This document shows positions 25,160 to 37,292 of a DNA stretch of 64,000 nt, piece by piece (position 1 is the first letter of the stretch; each line of letters starts with the position of its first letter). The stretch spans positions 14,632,001 to 14,696,000 of the forward strand of contig CATNEN010000038.1 in the NCBI GenBank assembly GCA_950097015.1. Reading direction: 5' to 3'. Position numbers and translations under genes: made by a program. Under the pieces are notes generated by a model. That model searched no databases. It had not been told where the DNA came from and was given only the letters and a program-made list of their open reading frames with translations. The DNA comes from Macrostomum hystrix (taxonomy: Eukaryota > Animalia > Platyhelminthes).

Positions 25160-28100
25160 CTCGCCCACACAGTTGACAGACAGCCTTCAACAATGTCTGA
25201 ACCTGTTGAAGACGAGTTCCCTGACCCAAATGTGCCCGCTGTTCAGCCAGCTGAGCAGACGCAAACTAACTATAATTGCCAAATCGATAGCGGCTTTGTG
25301 TTAGTATCTGAGGAAACCCTAGTCAAGACTGAATTTGAAGCGGAAGCTGTTACTGCTGATGACTTCGAAGTGATTGAAGACACTAGTGCAGTCCAAGTAC
25401 TTCATGCAGAGGTTGCAGAAGGTCTACAGGAGGTAGAAATAGTTGAGAGAGAGAAAGAAGAGGTGGAAGTTGCAGTCGAGAAACCGGAAGAAGAAGAGAA
25501 AGTTGCGATCGAGAAACAGGAAGAAGAGGACGAAGTTGCAGTCGAAAAACAGAAAGAAGAGGACAAAGTTGCAGTCGAAAAACCGGAAGAAGAGCACGAA
25601 GTTGCAGTCGAGAAACCGGAAGAAGAGGAGGAAGTTGCAGTCCAGAAACCGGAAGAAGTTGACGAAGTTGCAGTCCAGAAACCGGAAGAAGAGGAGGAAG
25701 TTGCAGTCCAGAAACCGGAAGAAGTTGACGAAGTTGCAGTCCAGAAACAGGAAGAAGAGGACGAAGTTGCAATCGATCAACCAGAAGAAGAGGAGGAAGT
25801 TGCAGTCGAGAAACCAGAAGAAGAGGACGAAGTTGCAATCGATCAACCAGAAGAAGAGCAGGAAGTTGCAATCGATCAACCAGAAGAAGAGGAGGAAGTT
25901 GCAGTCGAGAAACAGGAAGAAGAGGAAGTTGCAGTCGAGAAACAGGAAGAAGAGGAAGTTGCAGTCGAGAAACAGGAAGAAGAGGAAGTTGCAGTCGAGA
26001 AACAGGAAGAAGAGGAGGAAGTTGCAGTCGAGAAACCGGAAGAAGAGGAGGAAGTTGCAGTCCAGAAACCGGAAGAAGAGGAGGAAGTTGCAGTCCAGAA
26101 ACAGGAAGAAGAGGAGGAAGTTGCAGTCCAGAAACCGGAAGAAGTTGACGAAGTTGCAGTCCAGAAACAGCAAGAAGAGGACGAAGTTGCAATCGATCAA
26201 CCAGAAGAAGAGGAGGAAGTTGCAATCGATCAACCAGAAGAAGAGGACAAAGTTGCAGTCGAAAAACCGGAAGAAGAGAAGGAAGTTGGAGTCGAGAAAC
26301 AGGAAGAAGAGGAGGAAGTTGCAGTAGAGAAACCGGAAGAAGAGGAGGAAGTTGCAGACGAGAAACAGGAAGAAGAGGAGGAAGTTGCAGTCGAGAAACA
26401 GGAAGAAGAGGACGAAGTTGCAGTCGAGAAACCAGAAGAAGAGGAGGAAGTTGCAGACGAGAAACAGGAAGAAGAGGAGGAAGTTGCAGTCGAGAAACAG
26501 GAAGAAGAGGAGGAAGTTGCAGTAGAGAAACCGGAAGAAGAGGAGGAAGTTGCAGACGAGAAACAGGAAGAAGAGGAGGAAGTTGCAGTCGAGAAACAGG
26601 AAGAAGAGGACGAAGTTGCAATCGATCAACCAGAAAAAGAGAAGGAAGTTGCAGTCGAGAAACCAGAAGAAGAGGAGGAAGTTGCAGTCGAGAAACAGGA
26701 AGAAGAGGACGAAGTTGCAATCGATCAACCAGAAGAAGAGGACGAAGTTGCAATCGATCAACCAGAAGAAGAGGAGGAAGTTGCAGTCGAGAAACCAGAA
26801 GAAGAGGAAGTTGCAGTCGAGAAACCAGAAGAGGAGGAAGTTGCAGTCGAGAAACCAGAAGAAGAGGAGGAAGTTGCAGTCGAGAAACCGGAAGAAGAGG
26901 AGGAAGTTGTAGTCGAGAAAGGAGAGCCAGAAGAAAGACAGGATGAGGAAGATTCAAGGGACACAAAGGAAGATCCTGAAAAGAAGCATGAAGAGCCTCA
27001 GGAGAAACATGAGGAGCCTGAAGAGAAGCATGAAGAGCCTGAAGAGAAATTGGAGGAGCCTGAGGAGACACTGGAAGAGCCTGATGCAAAGCAAGAAAAG
27101 CCTGAAGAGAACCAAGACGAGCCTGAAGAGAATCAAGAAGAGCCTGAAGAGAAGCATGGAGAGCCTGAGGAGAAACAGGAGGAGCCTGAAGAGAGGCCTG
27201 AAGAGGCTGATGCGAAACAAGAAGAGCCTGAGGAGAAGCAATATCAACCTGAAGAGAAACATGAAGAGTCTGAGGAGAAGCAGGAACAGACTGAGAAAAA
27301 GCAAGAGGAAACTGAGGATAGACGGAATGAGCCTGAAGAGAAGCAAGAAAAGCCTAAAGATAACCTGGAACACCCTGAAGAGCGTGAAAAGAGGCAGTAT
27401 GAGCTTGAAGCAAAGCCTGATGAGTCTGAAGAGAAGCAGAAAGACACTGAAGAGCAGCCTGAAGAGGGGCAGAAAGACACTGAAGAGCAGCCTGAAGAGG
27501 GGCAGAAAGACACTGAAGAGCAGCCTGAAGAGGGACAGAAAGACGCTGAAGAGCAGCCTGAAGAGGGACAGAAAGACGCTGAAGAGCAGCCTGAAGAGGG
27601 GCAGAAGGACGCTGAAGAGCAGCCTGAAGAGGGGCAGAAGGACGCTGAAGAGCAGCCTGAAGAGGGGCAGAAAGACACTGAAGAGCAGCCTGAAGAGGGA
27701 CAGAAAGACGCTGAAGAGCAGCCTGAAGAGGGGCAGAAAGACGCTGAAGAGCAGCCTGAAGAGGGGCAGAAAGACGCAGAAGAGCAGCCTGAAGAGGGGC
27801 AGAAAGACGCTGAAGAGCAGCCTGAAGAGGGGCAGAAAGACGCTGAAGAGCAGCCTGAAGAGGGACAGAAAGACGCTGAAGAGCAGCCTGAAGAGGGGCA
27901 GAAAGACACTGAAGAGCAGCCTGAAGAGGGACAGAAAGACGCTGAAGAGCAGCCTGAAGAGGGGCAGAAAGACGCAGAAGAGCAGCCTGAAGAGGGGCAG
28001 AAAGACGCTGAAGAGCAGCCTGAAGAGGGGCAGAAGGACGCTGAAGAGCAGCCTGAAGAGGGACAGAAAGACGCTGAAGAGCAGCCTGAAGAGGGGCAGA

Positions 28101-29800
28101 AAGACACTGAAGAGCAGCCTGAAGAGGGACAGAAAGACGCTGAAGAGCAGCCTGAAGAGGGGCAGAAAGACGCAGAAGAGCAGCCTGAAGAGGGGCAGAA
28201 AGACGCTGAAGAGCAGCCTGAAGAGGGACAGAAAGACGCTGAAGAGCAGCCTGAAGAGGGGCAGAAAGACGCAGAAGAGCAGCCTGAAGAGGGGCAGAAA
28301 GACGCTGAAGAGCAGCCTGAAGAGGGACAGAAAGACGCTGAAGAGCAGCCTGAAGAGGGACAGAAAGACGCTGAAGAGCAGCCTGAAGAGGGGCAGAAGG
28401 ACGCTGAAGAGCAGCCTGAAGAGGGGCAGAAGGACGCTGAAGAGCAGCCTGAAGAGGGGCAGAAAGACACTGAAGAGCAGCCTGAAGAGGGACAGAAAGA
28501 CGCTGAAGAGCAGCCTGAAGAGGGGCAGAAAGACGCAGAAGAGCAGCCTGAAGAGGGGCAGAAAGACGCTGAAGAGCAGCCTGAAGAGGGGCAGAAAGAC
28601 GCTGAAGAGCAGCCTGAAGAGGGACAGAAAGACGCTGAAGAGCAGCCTGAAGAGGGGCAGAAAGACACTGAAGAGCAGCCTGAAGAGGGACAGAAAGACG
28701 CTGAAGAGCAGCCTGAAGAGGGGCAGAAAGACGCAGAAGAGCAGCCTGAAGAGGGGCAGAAAGACGCTGAAGAGCAGCCTGAAGAGGGGCAGAAGGACGC
28801 TGAAGAGCAGCCTGAAGAGGGACAGAAAGACGCTGAAGAGCAGCCTGAAGAGGGGCAGAAAGACGCAGAAGAGCAGCCTGAAGAGGGGCAGAAAGACGCT
28901 GAAGAGCAGCCTGAAGAGGGGCAGAAGGACGCTGAAGAGCAGCCTGAAGAGGGACAGAAAGACACTGAAGAGCAGCCTGAAGAGGGGCAGAAAGACACTG
29001 AAGAGCAGCCTGAAGAGGGACAGAAAGACGCTGAAGAGCAGCCTGAAGAGGGGCAGAAAGACGCAGAAGAGCAGCCTGAAGAGGGGCAGAAAGACGCTGA
29101 AGAGCAGCCTGAAGAGGGGCAGAAGGACGCTGAAGAGCAGCCTGAAGAGGGACAGAAAGACACTGAAGAGCAGCCTGAAGAGGGGCAGAAAGACGCAGAA
29201 GAGCAGCCTGAAGAGGGACAGAAAGACGCTGAAGAGCAGCCTGAAGAGGGACAGAAAGACACTGAAGAGCAGCCTGAAGAGGGACAGAAAGACGCTGAAG
29301 AGCAGCCTGAAGAGGGACAGAAAGACGCTGAAGAGCAGCCTGAAGAGGGGCAGAAAGACGCAGAAGAGCAGCCTGAAGAGGGGCAGAAAGACGCTGAAGA
29401 GCAGCCTGAAGAGGGGCAGAAGGACGCTGAAGAGCAGCCTGAAGAGGGACAGAAAGACGCTGAAGAGCAGCCTGAAGAGGGACAGAAAGACGCTGAAGAG
29501 CAGCCTGAAGAGGGACAGAAAGACACTGAAGAGCAGCCTGAAGAGGGACAGAAAGACGCTGAAGAGCAGCCTGAAGAGGGGCTGAAAGACGCTGAAGAGC
29601 AGCCTGAAGAGAAGCTTGAAGATTCTGAGGAGAAGCAGGATGAGCCTGAAGAGAAACGGGAAAAGGCTAAAGAGAATTCTGGAGTAGAGGAAGGGACTCC
29701 TAAGGTATCTGAGTCGAAGCTGAGCCACATTGAGCCTGAGTCTCAGCGATTGTCTTTCGGTTCGGTGAGCGACTCAGCTAAAACTCAAAATCAGCTTGAG
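25160..29800 (+). CDS. giant 4.64-kb exon, ~1547 aa Glu-rich disordered region with (EEEEVAVEKPE)n, (EEPEEKx)n and ~65x(EEQPEEGQKD[A/T]) repeats
   Basis: Uninterrupted ORF with unique flanks; ttgcag acceptor in phase 0 (alternative start ATG 25193); gag|gtaaat donor; repeat variants mostly synonymous. Confidence 0.85.
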
Positions 29801-30471
29801 GTAAATCGATTAAATTTAAGTCGCTTTTTTATTTCCGAACCGCGGATTCGCAAGTTTTCCTTTGCGTAAATGTGCAAAATTAGCAGCTGAGCTTTCCTGC
29901 GCCAGTCGTGGTTGCTTTTCGATGTCAAGTTTTTTCGTTCCAGTCAATTCAGTTAAAGATGTACGTCAAATAAAATGCATAACAATGAAAGCAGTGTTTT
30001 GATTGTGCTAATACTACTCAAAGCTTCTATTAGCTTCACCAAGGAAGATTTTAAAGATTTTGAAATCAAACTTATATAGAGTTCTCGCAATGACTATGTT
30101 AAACAGAAATTTACGCCGTGCTTTGTTGATGTTGTTAAAATGAGTTTAGTAATTTCAGAATACAGTTTTAATTTGAGTTTTTGTTGATTAACATTTTTAT
30201 TTATTCTTATGCTTTGTTTTGTGTTTGCTTTTTTTTTAAAATGTATTTAGAATTGTTTATTTCATGAATATAATTATTCATAATTAACCATTTACGCGAC
30301 TGGAAGCCAAAGCAATCGAAATGACTTACAAAATCGTCTCAGATCTACTTTACTTACTCTTCGTGTTGTTTCAGTCCAGGTTATTTCGCCGATAAACTTT
30401 TCGTTGCACCAAGAAACATTTTGTTCGTTTAATTAAGACTTGACAATTTAGATCTATTTTTGTTACGACAG

Positions 30472-30606
30472 GTTTCGAAGGCTGAACAGCTGCCTCAAAA
30501 GGACGATGATGAAAACAACGCGCCTGTGACAGTGACTGCGGATCATTCGGCTGACTCAGCCGACGGTCGAGGAGCGGAGAATGTGCTGGAAAATCAAGAC
30601 TGGTAA
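30472..30606 (+). CDS. late or terminal exon (VSKAEQLPQKDDDENN...ENQDW*)
   Basis: ttacgacag acceptor in phase 0; ends at TAA 30604-30606, or splices at tg|gtaagt after 30602. Confidence 0.75.
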   Translation, partial: VSKAEQLPQKDDDENNAPVTVTADHSADSADGRGAENVLENQDW

Positions 30607-33600
30607 GTCTTAGTAGAGATTAACAGTCAGGAGTCAATTCAGATAGTCTTGCAGTCTATTCTGACACTTTGTAAACTAGCGTTTAGGACATTCTTTTCTT
30701 TCATGGAGGATGCAGGCGTAAACCTTCTTTGCTTTACTGTCCATGGCATGAAAGCTAGCTCGATCCATAAGTTTAATTTCGACATCCCCTCTGAACTACC
30801 AAGCTCGCAATGAGTCGTACAGTTCTTTATCCTAGCCCATAGCAAGCCATCATATACACAGCTTTCGTGTACGCGTTTCAGATCCAAACCAGCTTGCTGA
30901 AAAACAACAATTAGAATCGCCACAAGTGTTTGGTGTGATTCGACGAACTAAAAACTGAAAAACTCTGTCAGCATTGTCAATGTGAACTCTGAATTTAGTT
31001 TCACACATAAATATACACACCGTTAGTCATTGTGTACTGTAAAGATTTATATCTCATGACAAATCTGCCTAGACACAGTTCCGGTTTAGGCTCCAACTTT
31101 ATATTACCTTGCTTTTTTCCTCGATATTCTAATGCATCGTCGCCCGCGCTTTGTAGCTGCCAAGAGCTTTTTGCAGTTGTTCGTACACACTATATTGAAG
31201 AATTATTTCAAGTGATATCGTGACGCACTTTTAATAAAAGTAAAACAAATACTATATATGTATATTTATTTATTTGACAGTTCACAGCACTCCATTTGCT
31301 TATACGTCCTAGTTTGTTATTCATAATGAAAAAACAATGCTTGCCCTAAACCTATACCAATAATACTGCTATTGATTTTCACTCGTAGGCAGAGAACTAT
31401 GAAATTCGCTAGACTAGCTTGTAATATTTTTGATTATTTTAAGTTGTCGAGTTTACTTTTTGCGGGTACCATCTAACTCTATAGTTTTTTGCGACACATT
31501 GCAGTTATTTTTTTAACGATAATTAACTAGAATTAAAAAAGATCATTTTTCTTATCATACGCATAACACGCATATCTCCCCATATATGTACGAGTATGTA
31601 AACTCGTAAATTTATGGCGAAATTCGGTCAATTTTAAATAGTTGAAAGTCGAATTTCGACTTCGTATTGAACAATATTTAAAATACTTGCTTCGTAGATT
31701 CTGATAGCACATTACGTCCAATCCATATCATAAATGATAACTATCCTTATTGTGTTTGAATTAAAAGCAACTTCGTTATGCTTCTTATTAAATATTCCAT
31801 TGTTAAATATTTAAATCGTTGTTTTCTTGTATTAGCTAGACTGTCGATTTTACGATTGCAAATCACTGCAGGCCCGTCGGTTTTAAAGCAAATGTACTGT
31901 CACCTAAAAGGGGGTTTCTTTTACAAGTCCATATATACTAAACTTTTAGTAAGGCACTAGATGTTGATACTTAAAGAAGGGGGCTTACGTAAAACGATGC
32001 TTAAACGGACAATTTTAACACTTAATTTTAATTTTAATACTTAGCTGCCCTGTTCTTCAACCGAATTTACTCTTTTTAGCTATTTTAACAAACGTTGAAA
32101 AAAATAAAATATTATTTAAAATGTAATTTCTAGTTTATTACGCCTCAAATTTCGCCGCTTTATGCCTTATAGTCTGCCTTTGTAGAACTATTTATACTTA
32201 AAAACCTGTAAAAGAACATATTTTTTGCTCTGATGCGCACCTTTTCAAATTCTAAATGAGTCTACCTATTTCTAGATTTGTGAACGCTATTCATGTATTT
32301 ATTGATTTTTGAGAAAAGAAGCCTTGGAGAGAAAAACAGTATGTGCAGCAATGCAAACTTTTATCCATTATCCTGATATTCCTCTTAGCATTCGTCTCGC
32401 TAACTGAATTAAATGAGACTGTTACCAACATCAAAAACACAATGCAAATATTAAGTTGTGAAAATACAAGTAACCCCTTTCCTTTTTGTTATAGCTAAAT
32501 TAGTTTTATGCTAATTCAGATTTTGTCATCAAGCATTGCTCCCAAAGTTGCACTGCATGCGATCTATTTTGGCAGACCTATTTTAAAAACTTAATTTGTA
32601 TGTCTCTATTTCATTAGACCTTTTCTTGACATATGCTTCAAATATGGGGACGGAGAAAGTTTAAAATATAAGCTCGTCGGAAAAGCTATATGCGCAATAT
32701 CAAGTCATAGTTCATAAAGCTTGTATCGCGAACGCCTTGCAGTCATTATCCAACGCTTTGAATGAATTAATTTAATTTCATTTCATCGTCGAGTTATGAT
32801 GCTGATAATGTGTTACTAGAGTGCAACGAATAAAAATAGAATAGCTAACAACAAATGGGTTTACACATCCAACTAAATCCTATGAGGGCTACGACCTTAG
32901 GACATTATACTTCTTTATTTATAAAGACTTTTAACAAAAATGACAGACAATCTTCTGCTAACACAGCACAGGTTTTGTAAAGCATTTTTAAGCGAAGAAG
33001 AGAATTCTAATTCTAATATGCAACTGATTTCTTATTAATTATAAAAGTAGAAACTGTACTTAATTGAAGATTTCACAATGCGCGCGAATTAAAGTACAAC
33101 ATAGATTCGATTGGATTTCATCCGTACAGGAATTAGTTACGAGCACTTATGAACTGTTTTGATATTTATTTAGAGCAACGATAAGTACAGATTACCTAAA
33201 TAATTAGCCGATAACAATAACTTTAACTGCATGTAACACAAAATACAGACAAGCAGAAAGACGTACAGACGGATAAGACAGAATGCCGACCTCCCAACAT
33301 TATGTTCAGAAGAGGTTACGTTGAAAAACACAAGCTAATTAATATTAAAAGCATTTTCTTGATCTTGATTACAATACATGCAAATTGTCCCTTCAAGAAG
33401 GAAAACACATTAAATGTGTAAGCTAGCCATTTATTAACTAACCATAAAAAATTATATTTTAGGAATAATTAAAATGTATTTAGAAACGTGAGGGTGTTCT
33501 GTTACAATGAGTTGTCAACAGAGATTAGCTATCCTCACGATTTTTATTCACAAAGCACAGAATTTTCAATTGTTACATTAAAGGCAAATGAAATACTGAA

Positions 33601-33638
33601 ACTGACTACCGATATTATTTAAATATTGAACAGACCGA

Positions 33639-34128
33639 CAGTGGCGCAACCAGGTTTTGCCTTAGGGGGGGCGGTCTTTGCGTACATTGCCCTTTGGGTA
33701 CATTGCCCTTTGCGTACATTCCCCTTTGCGTACATTGCCCTTTGCGTACATTGCCCTTTGCGTACATTACCCTTTGCGTACATTGCCCCGCGGGTCGAAG
33801 GGAGCGGCCGCCAGGTGGAGCGCGCTCTGTTTCGCGGTTTTCGCCCATCATTCCTGGGCCAATTTCAAGGGCCGGTAGGGTAGGGCCCAGACGATTTAAA
33901 AGGTTTAAAAAATCAGAACGCACGCACGATTATAATGAAAGCTTGAAAATTAATATATTACCAATGGTCTTGGACTTGGTCTTTGGTCTATGTACGTTGG
34001 ACTTGGGGGACAGGGAATGAGATAAGGTAATAAATTAAGAAGCGTCTTGGCTTGCCCTTTGCGTACATTGCCCCCGCGGGACGAAGGGGGGGCGGCCGCC
34101 ACCCCCGCCCCCCCTGGTTGCGCCACTG
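33639..34128. mobile_element. hAT-type MITE, 490 bp
   Basis: Perfect 16-bp TIR CAGTGGCGCAACCAGG and perfect 8-bp TSD CAGACCGA (33631-33638 / 34129-34136); internal 16-bp TTTGCGTACATTGCCC repeats. Confidence 0.92.
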
Positions 34129-34252
34129 CAGACCGATGACATGAGAGGAAAATTATCGTGACAACTTGAGAAGTTATCCGCAAAATACTTCAATAATTGG
34201 ATTTAATAGAAACGATCGGTTTCCGTGATTCTGTAGTGCAAGCATAAACTGT

Positions 34253-34596
34253 CTACTGCAAGTAGGGACTGTCGATTCTGCCAGAAGGCGGAGGCGGCGG
34301 CGGCGGCTCATTCGGCGGCGGCGGCGGAGTGAAAGTCAACGGCAGAGAGGCGCCCGAAGGTGTCGGGCGAGAATAATCGGTGAGACCTCGAATTCTGGGT
34401 GGCTGCAGCTGCTGTTGTTGCAGATGCTGGTAGGGAAAATTAGAAATTTGCTGCTGGGCTGATACGGAACTAGCAGAGCGTTGCAGAGTGGAGCGCGACT
34501 GCTGCTGCTGGTAAGACTGAGGCTGCGAAGACGGCGGAGGCGGCGGTCTGAAGTAGTTCTGCAGCATGAGCTCCTCCGGGCGTTCGTAGACGTCAC
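34253..34596 (-). CDS. iHog/CDON-like receptor, last exon (Pro/Gln-rich cytoplasmic tail ending SPYLQ*)
   Basis: aaaag acceptor phase 1, in frame with ORF 34253-34567. Confidence 0.75.
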
Positions 34597-34713
34597 CTTT
34601 TATTTGTTAAAGAAATAAATGGAATAAAAAAAGTAAATTTCACGGTCCCAAAGCACTTTACGTCAGTCTAACCCGTCAATGAACTCAAGCGCTTCACGCA
34701 TGAAAATCCTCAC

Positions 34714-35448
34714 CATTGATCCTAGTCTGGGACAAGTACATTTGTCTCTGCTGCAGCTGAGCAGGAGTCAGCCCCGGCTGCGGTGGCGGCGGAGGCTGCT
34801 GCAACTTCATCATCGGCGCAACTAGCAGCTCAGAGCCGCCGATGCCAGAATTGTTTAGCGCGGCGGTTGTGGCGCGCCTTGGGCGTCGCTTCTTTCGCTG
34901 CTGCGGCTGCGATGACTGCTGCTGCTGCTGCTGCTGATGCTGCTGATGCAGTCTGGGTCGGCTACCAAAGTTGTCCAACGTGGCGCTAGTATAAAATCGA
35001 CCGCCGCCATCGACTCCGCCGTAGACAGATTCGAAGTCGGGCTCGACATCGTCGCAGTCGCTGTCGCCACCGCCGCTTGGTGGCTGGCGATAAGCTCCGT
35101 ACGGGCTGGCAGCTTCGGGGTAAAGCAACGGGTTCATTTGCTGCTGCTGCTTCTGATAATAATAATTTGGCTGCTGCATTTGCTGCTGCTGCATCTGGTA
35201 GTAGTGCTGAAGAGGCGACGAATGCTGCTGCTGGTGCTGAAGCAGGGGCACAACACCGCTTCTTAGAGAGGCGTACTGTCCGTTAGGCGGCGGTCGATAT
35301 CCAACTAGAGGCGGCAGCGGCGGCGGCGGGGTCTGGTAGTGACCAAGCTTCGGCGTTGCCATGGCGCTGCCTGGCGCGGGATAGGCGCTTGACTTCAGCA
35401 GAGTCCCAGAGTCCATCGGCGGCGGGAACCCCGGCGGCAGGTGCGAAG
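34714..35448 (-). CDS. iHog/CDON-like receptor, cytoplasmic exon (polyP/polyQ, Tyr motifs)
   Basis: ctgcgcag acceptor, aatg|gtgagg donor, phase 1-1; read-through would stop at 34694. Confidence 0.8.
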
Positions 35449-35499
35449 CTGCGCAGTGAAGATTAGGAGGGGAACGAAGAGAATATAACAGGTGCGCTT

Positions 35500-36020
35500 T
35501 GACTGCCTACTCTAGTACTGTATGTGCCTACTCTAGTACTGTATGTGTCTACTCTAGTACTGTCATTGTTTACTCTAGTACAGTCACTGTCTTCTCTAGT
35601 ACTGTTACTGTTTACTCTAGTACTGTGACCGTATACTCCCGTACTGTCACTGTATACTTTCGTACTGACACTGGATATTCTAGTACTGTCACTGTATACT
35701 CTCGTACTGTCACTGGATATTCTAGTACTGTCACTGTATACTCTCGTACTGTCACTGGATATTCTAGTACTGTCACTGTATACTCTCGTACTGTCACTGG
35801 ATATTCTAGTACTGTCACTGTATACTCTCGTACTGTCACTGGATATTCTAGTACTGTCACTGTATACTCTCGTACTGTCACTGGATATTCTAGTACTGTC
35901 ACTGTATACTCTCGTACTGTCACTGGATATTCTAGTACTGTCACTGTATACTCTCGTACTGTCACTGGATATTCTAGTACTCTCACTGTATACTCTCGTA
36001 CTGTCACTGTATATGCGAGC
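35500..36020. repeat. 42-bp (2x21) minisatellite TATTCTAGTACTGTCACTGTATACTCTCGTACTGTCACTGGA
   Basis: Visible dimeric unit with degenerate 21-bp monomers at the left edge. Confidence 0.92.
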
Positions 36021-36693
36021 ACTGTTGCTAATTATAAGAGCCAGTTGCGACACAAGCACAAAACAACAAAGGAATTTAAAGTAGCCAGGAAGTTTTCAAA
36101 AGGTACTAAAGATACCAACACTCTCGTAACATATGCTCTGGTCAAGCTCTGGACATGGAAAGTTATTATAATAACAAAATTAGTTTTCTAATTAACTAGG
36201 TGTCCACAACAATGAGTAACAAAGATCAAAGAATCGAAGATTAAGCTCTAGATTAAGAACAGCTAGGCTAATTTACAATATAAAACATTAACTACAGCGT
36301 ACATGAAATAATGCCGAAAAAAAATAATATAATGTCCTGTTTAAAGTGTCGCTTTTAAATTTCAAAACTATCTTTTTAGGGAGGTGAAACTACAGGTCGA
36401 CACAGCTGAGCCATCTGTGTGAGCTAAAGCGAATTGGGAAGTATTGTCGAACGAGAAAAAAAGATTCGAACTCCCGACCTCTAGGTTAGAAGTGGAAATC
36501 TTTCCGCAACTATCGAATTTAAAGTTTGAAACGACAATATTCCGAAACCAACACTGTGTGGGGTAGATGATTCTTACCATAAGTAATATTATTACTCCAA
36601 GAGTCATCTGTGAGGATAATATAGAAATTCAAATGAATACATTGCTTATAAAATGAAAAACAAGAATAGCAAAATTGAGAACAAGCCACTCAC

Positions 36694-37207
36694 TGGGTAG
36701 ATGCGACCGGCGCATTTTATTCCGTCGCCTATAACGACGGAGCAGGCAGAGGCTGAGCAGGGCCATGCCGACTATCAGCAGGAGGGCGGCCAGACAGCCG
36801 ACAATCAGCAGCAGCAGCACGGTCCGGCTGGAGCCAGAGTCCTCCGGCAACTCTTTGTTGCCGCCGACGTTCCTGTCCCGGTTGACATCGGGCGCAGATC
36901 GAGCCGGAAGTCGCATTGTCGCAGCGGCGCTATCGGGTGAGCGCAGCAGGCCCTCGTCCGAGTCCGCGTTGGCGCCAAATTCTAGCGCAGCGTACATGCG
37001 CAGAGTGTACACAAAGCCCGGTTGCAGGTCGTAGAAATAATATTGCCTAGCGGAGCCATTGTCCACTCGGTACTTGGTGTACTGGTTGCTGCCGTTTTCT
37101 AGCTGGCGCCTAGCCCAGATGACGAAGCCGACGGCGGCAGCGTGTGACGAAGCATCGTAGGTCCATTTCAACGGCTCCTCCAAGCTGCGCCTTGGCACAC
37201 CCGTTAT
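36694..37207 (-). CDS. iHog/CDON-like receptor, FN3 domain 2 plus transmembrane helix and basic stop-transfer
   Basis: LKW...YYFYDLQPGFVYTLRMYA FN3 signature; TM VLLLLIVGCLAALLLIVGMALLSLCLL then RRYRRR; ctaccag acceptor phase 0, a|gtgagt donor phase 1. Confidence 0.9.
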
Positions 37208-37292
37208 CTGGTAGCGGAGTGCGTATATTCTTGATAATTGAACTTATGTTGCGCTGCAGAAATTGCGGAAGTTTATAACGTAGTGTTTAAAG

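Noticed and set aside
26943-29585. 880-aa Lys/Arg-rich ORF (KSSLKRGRKTL)n and antisense ORFs as overlapping proteins
   Set aside because: Shadow frames of the coding repeat; unit variants are mostly non-synonymous in the K/R frame and synonymous in the Glu-rich frame
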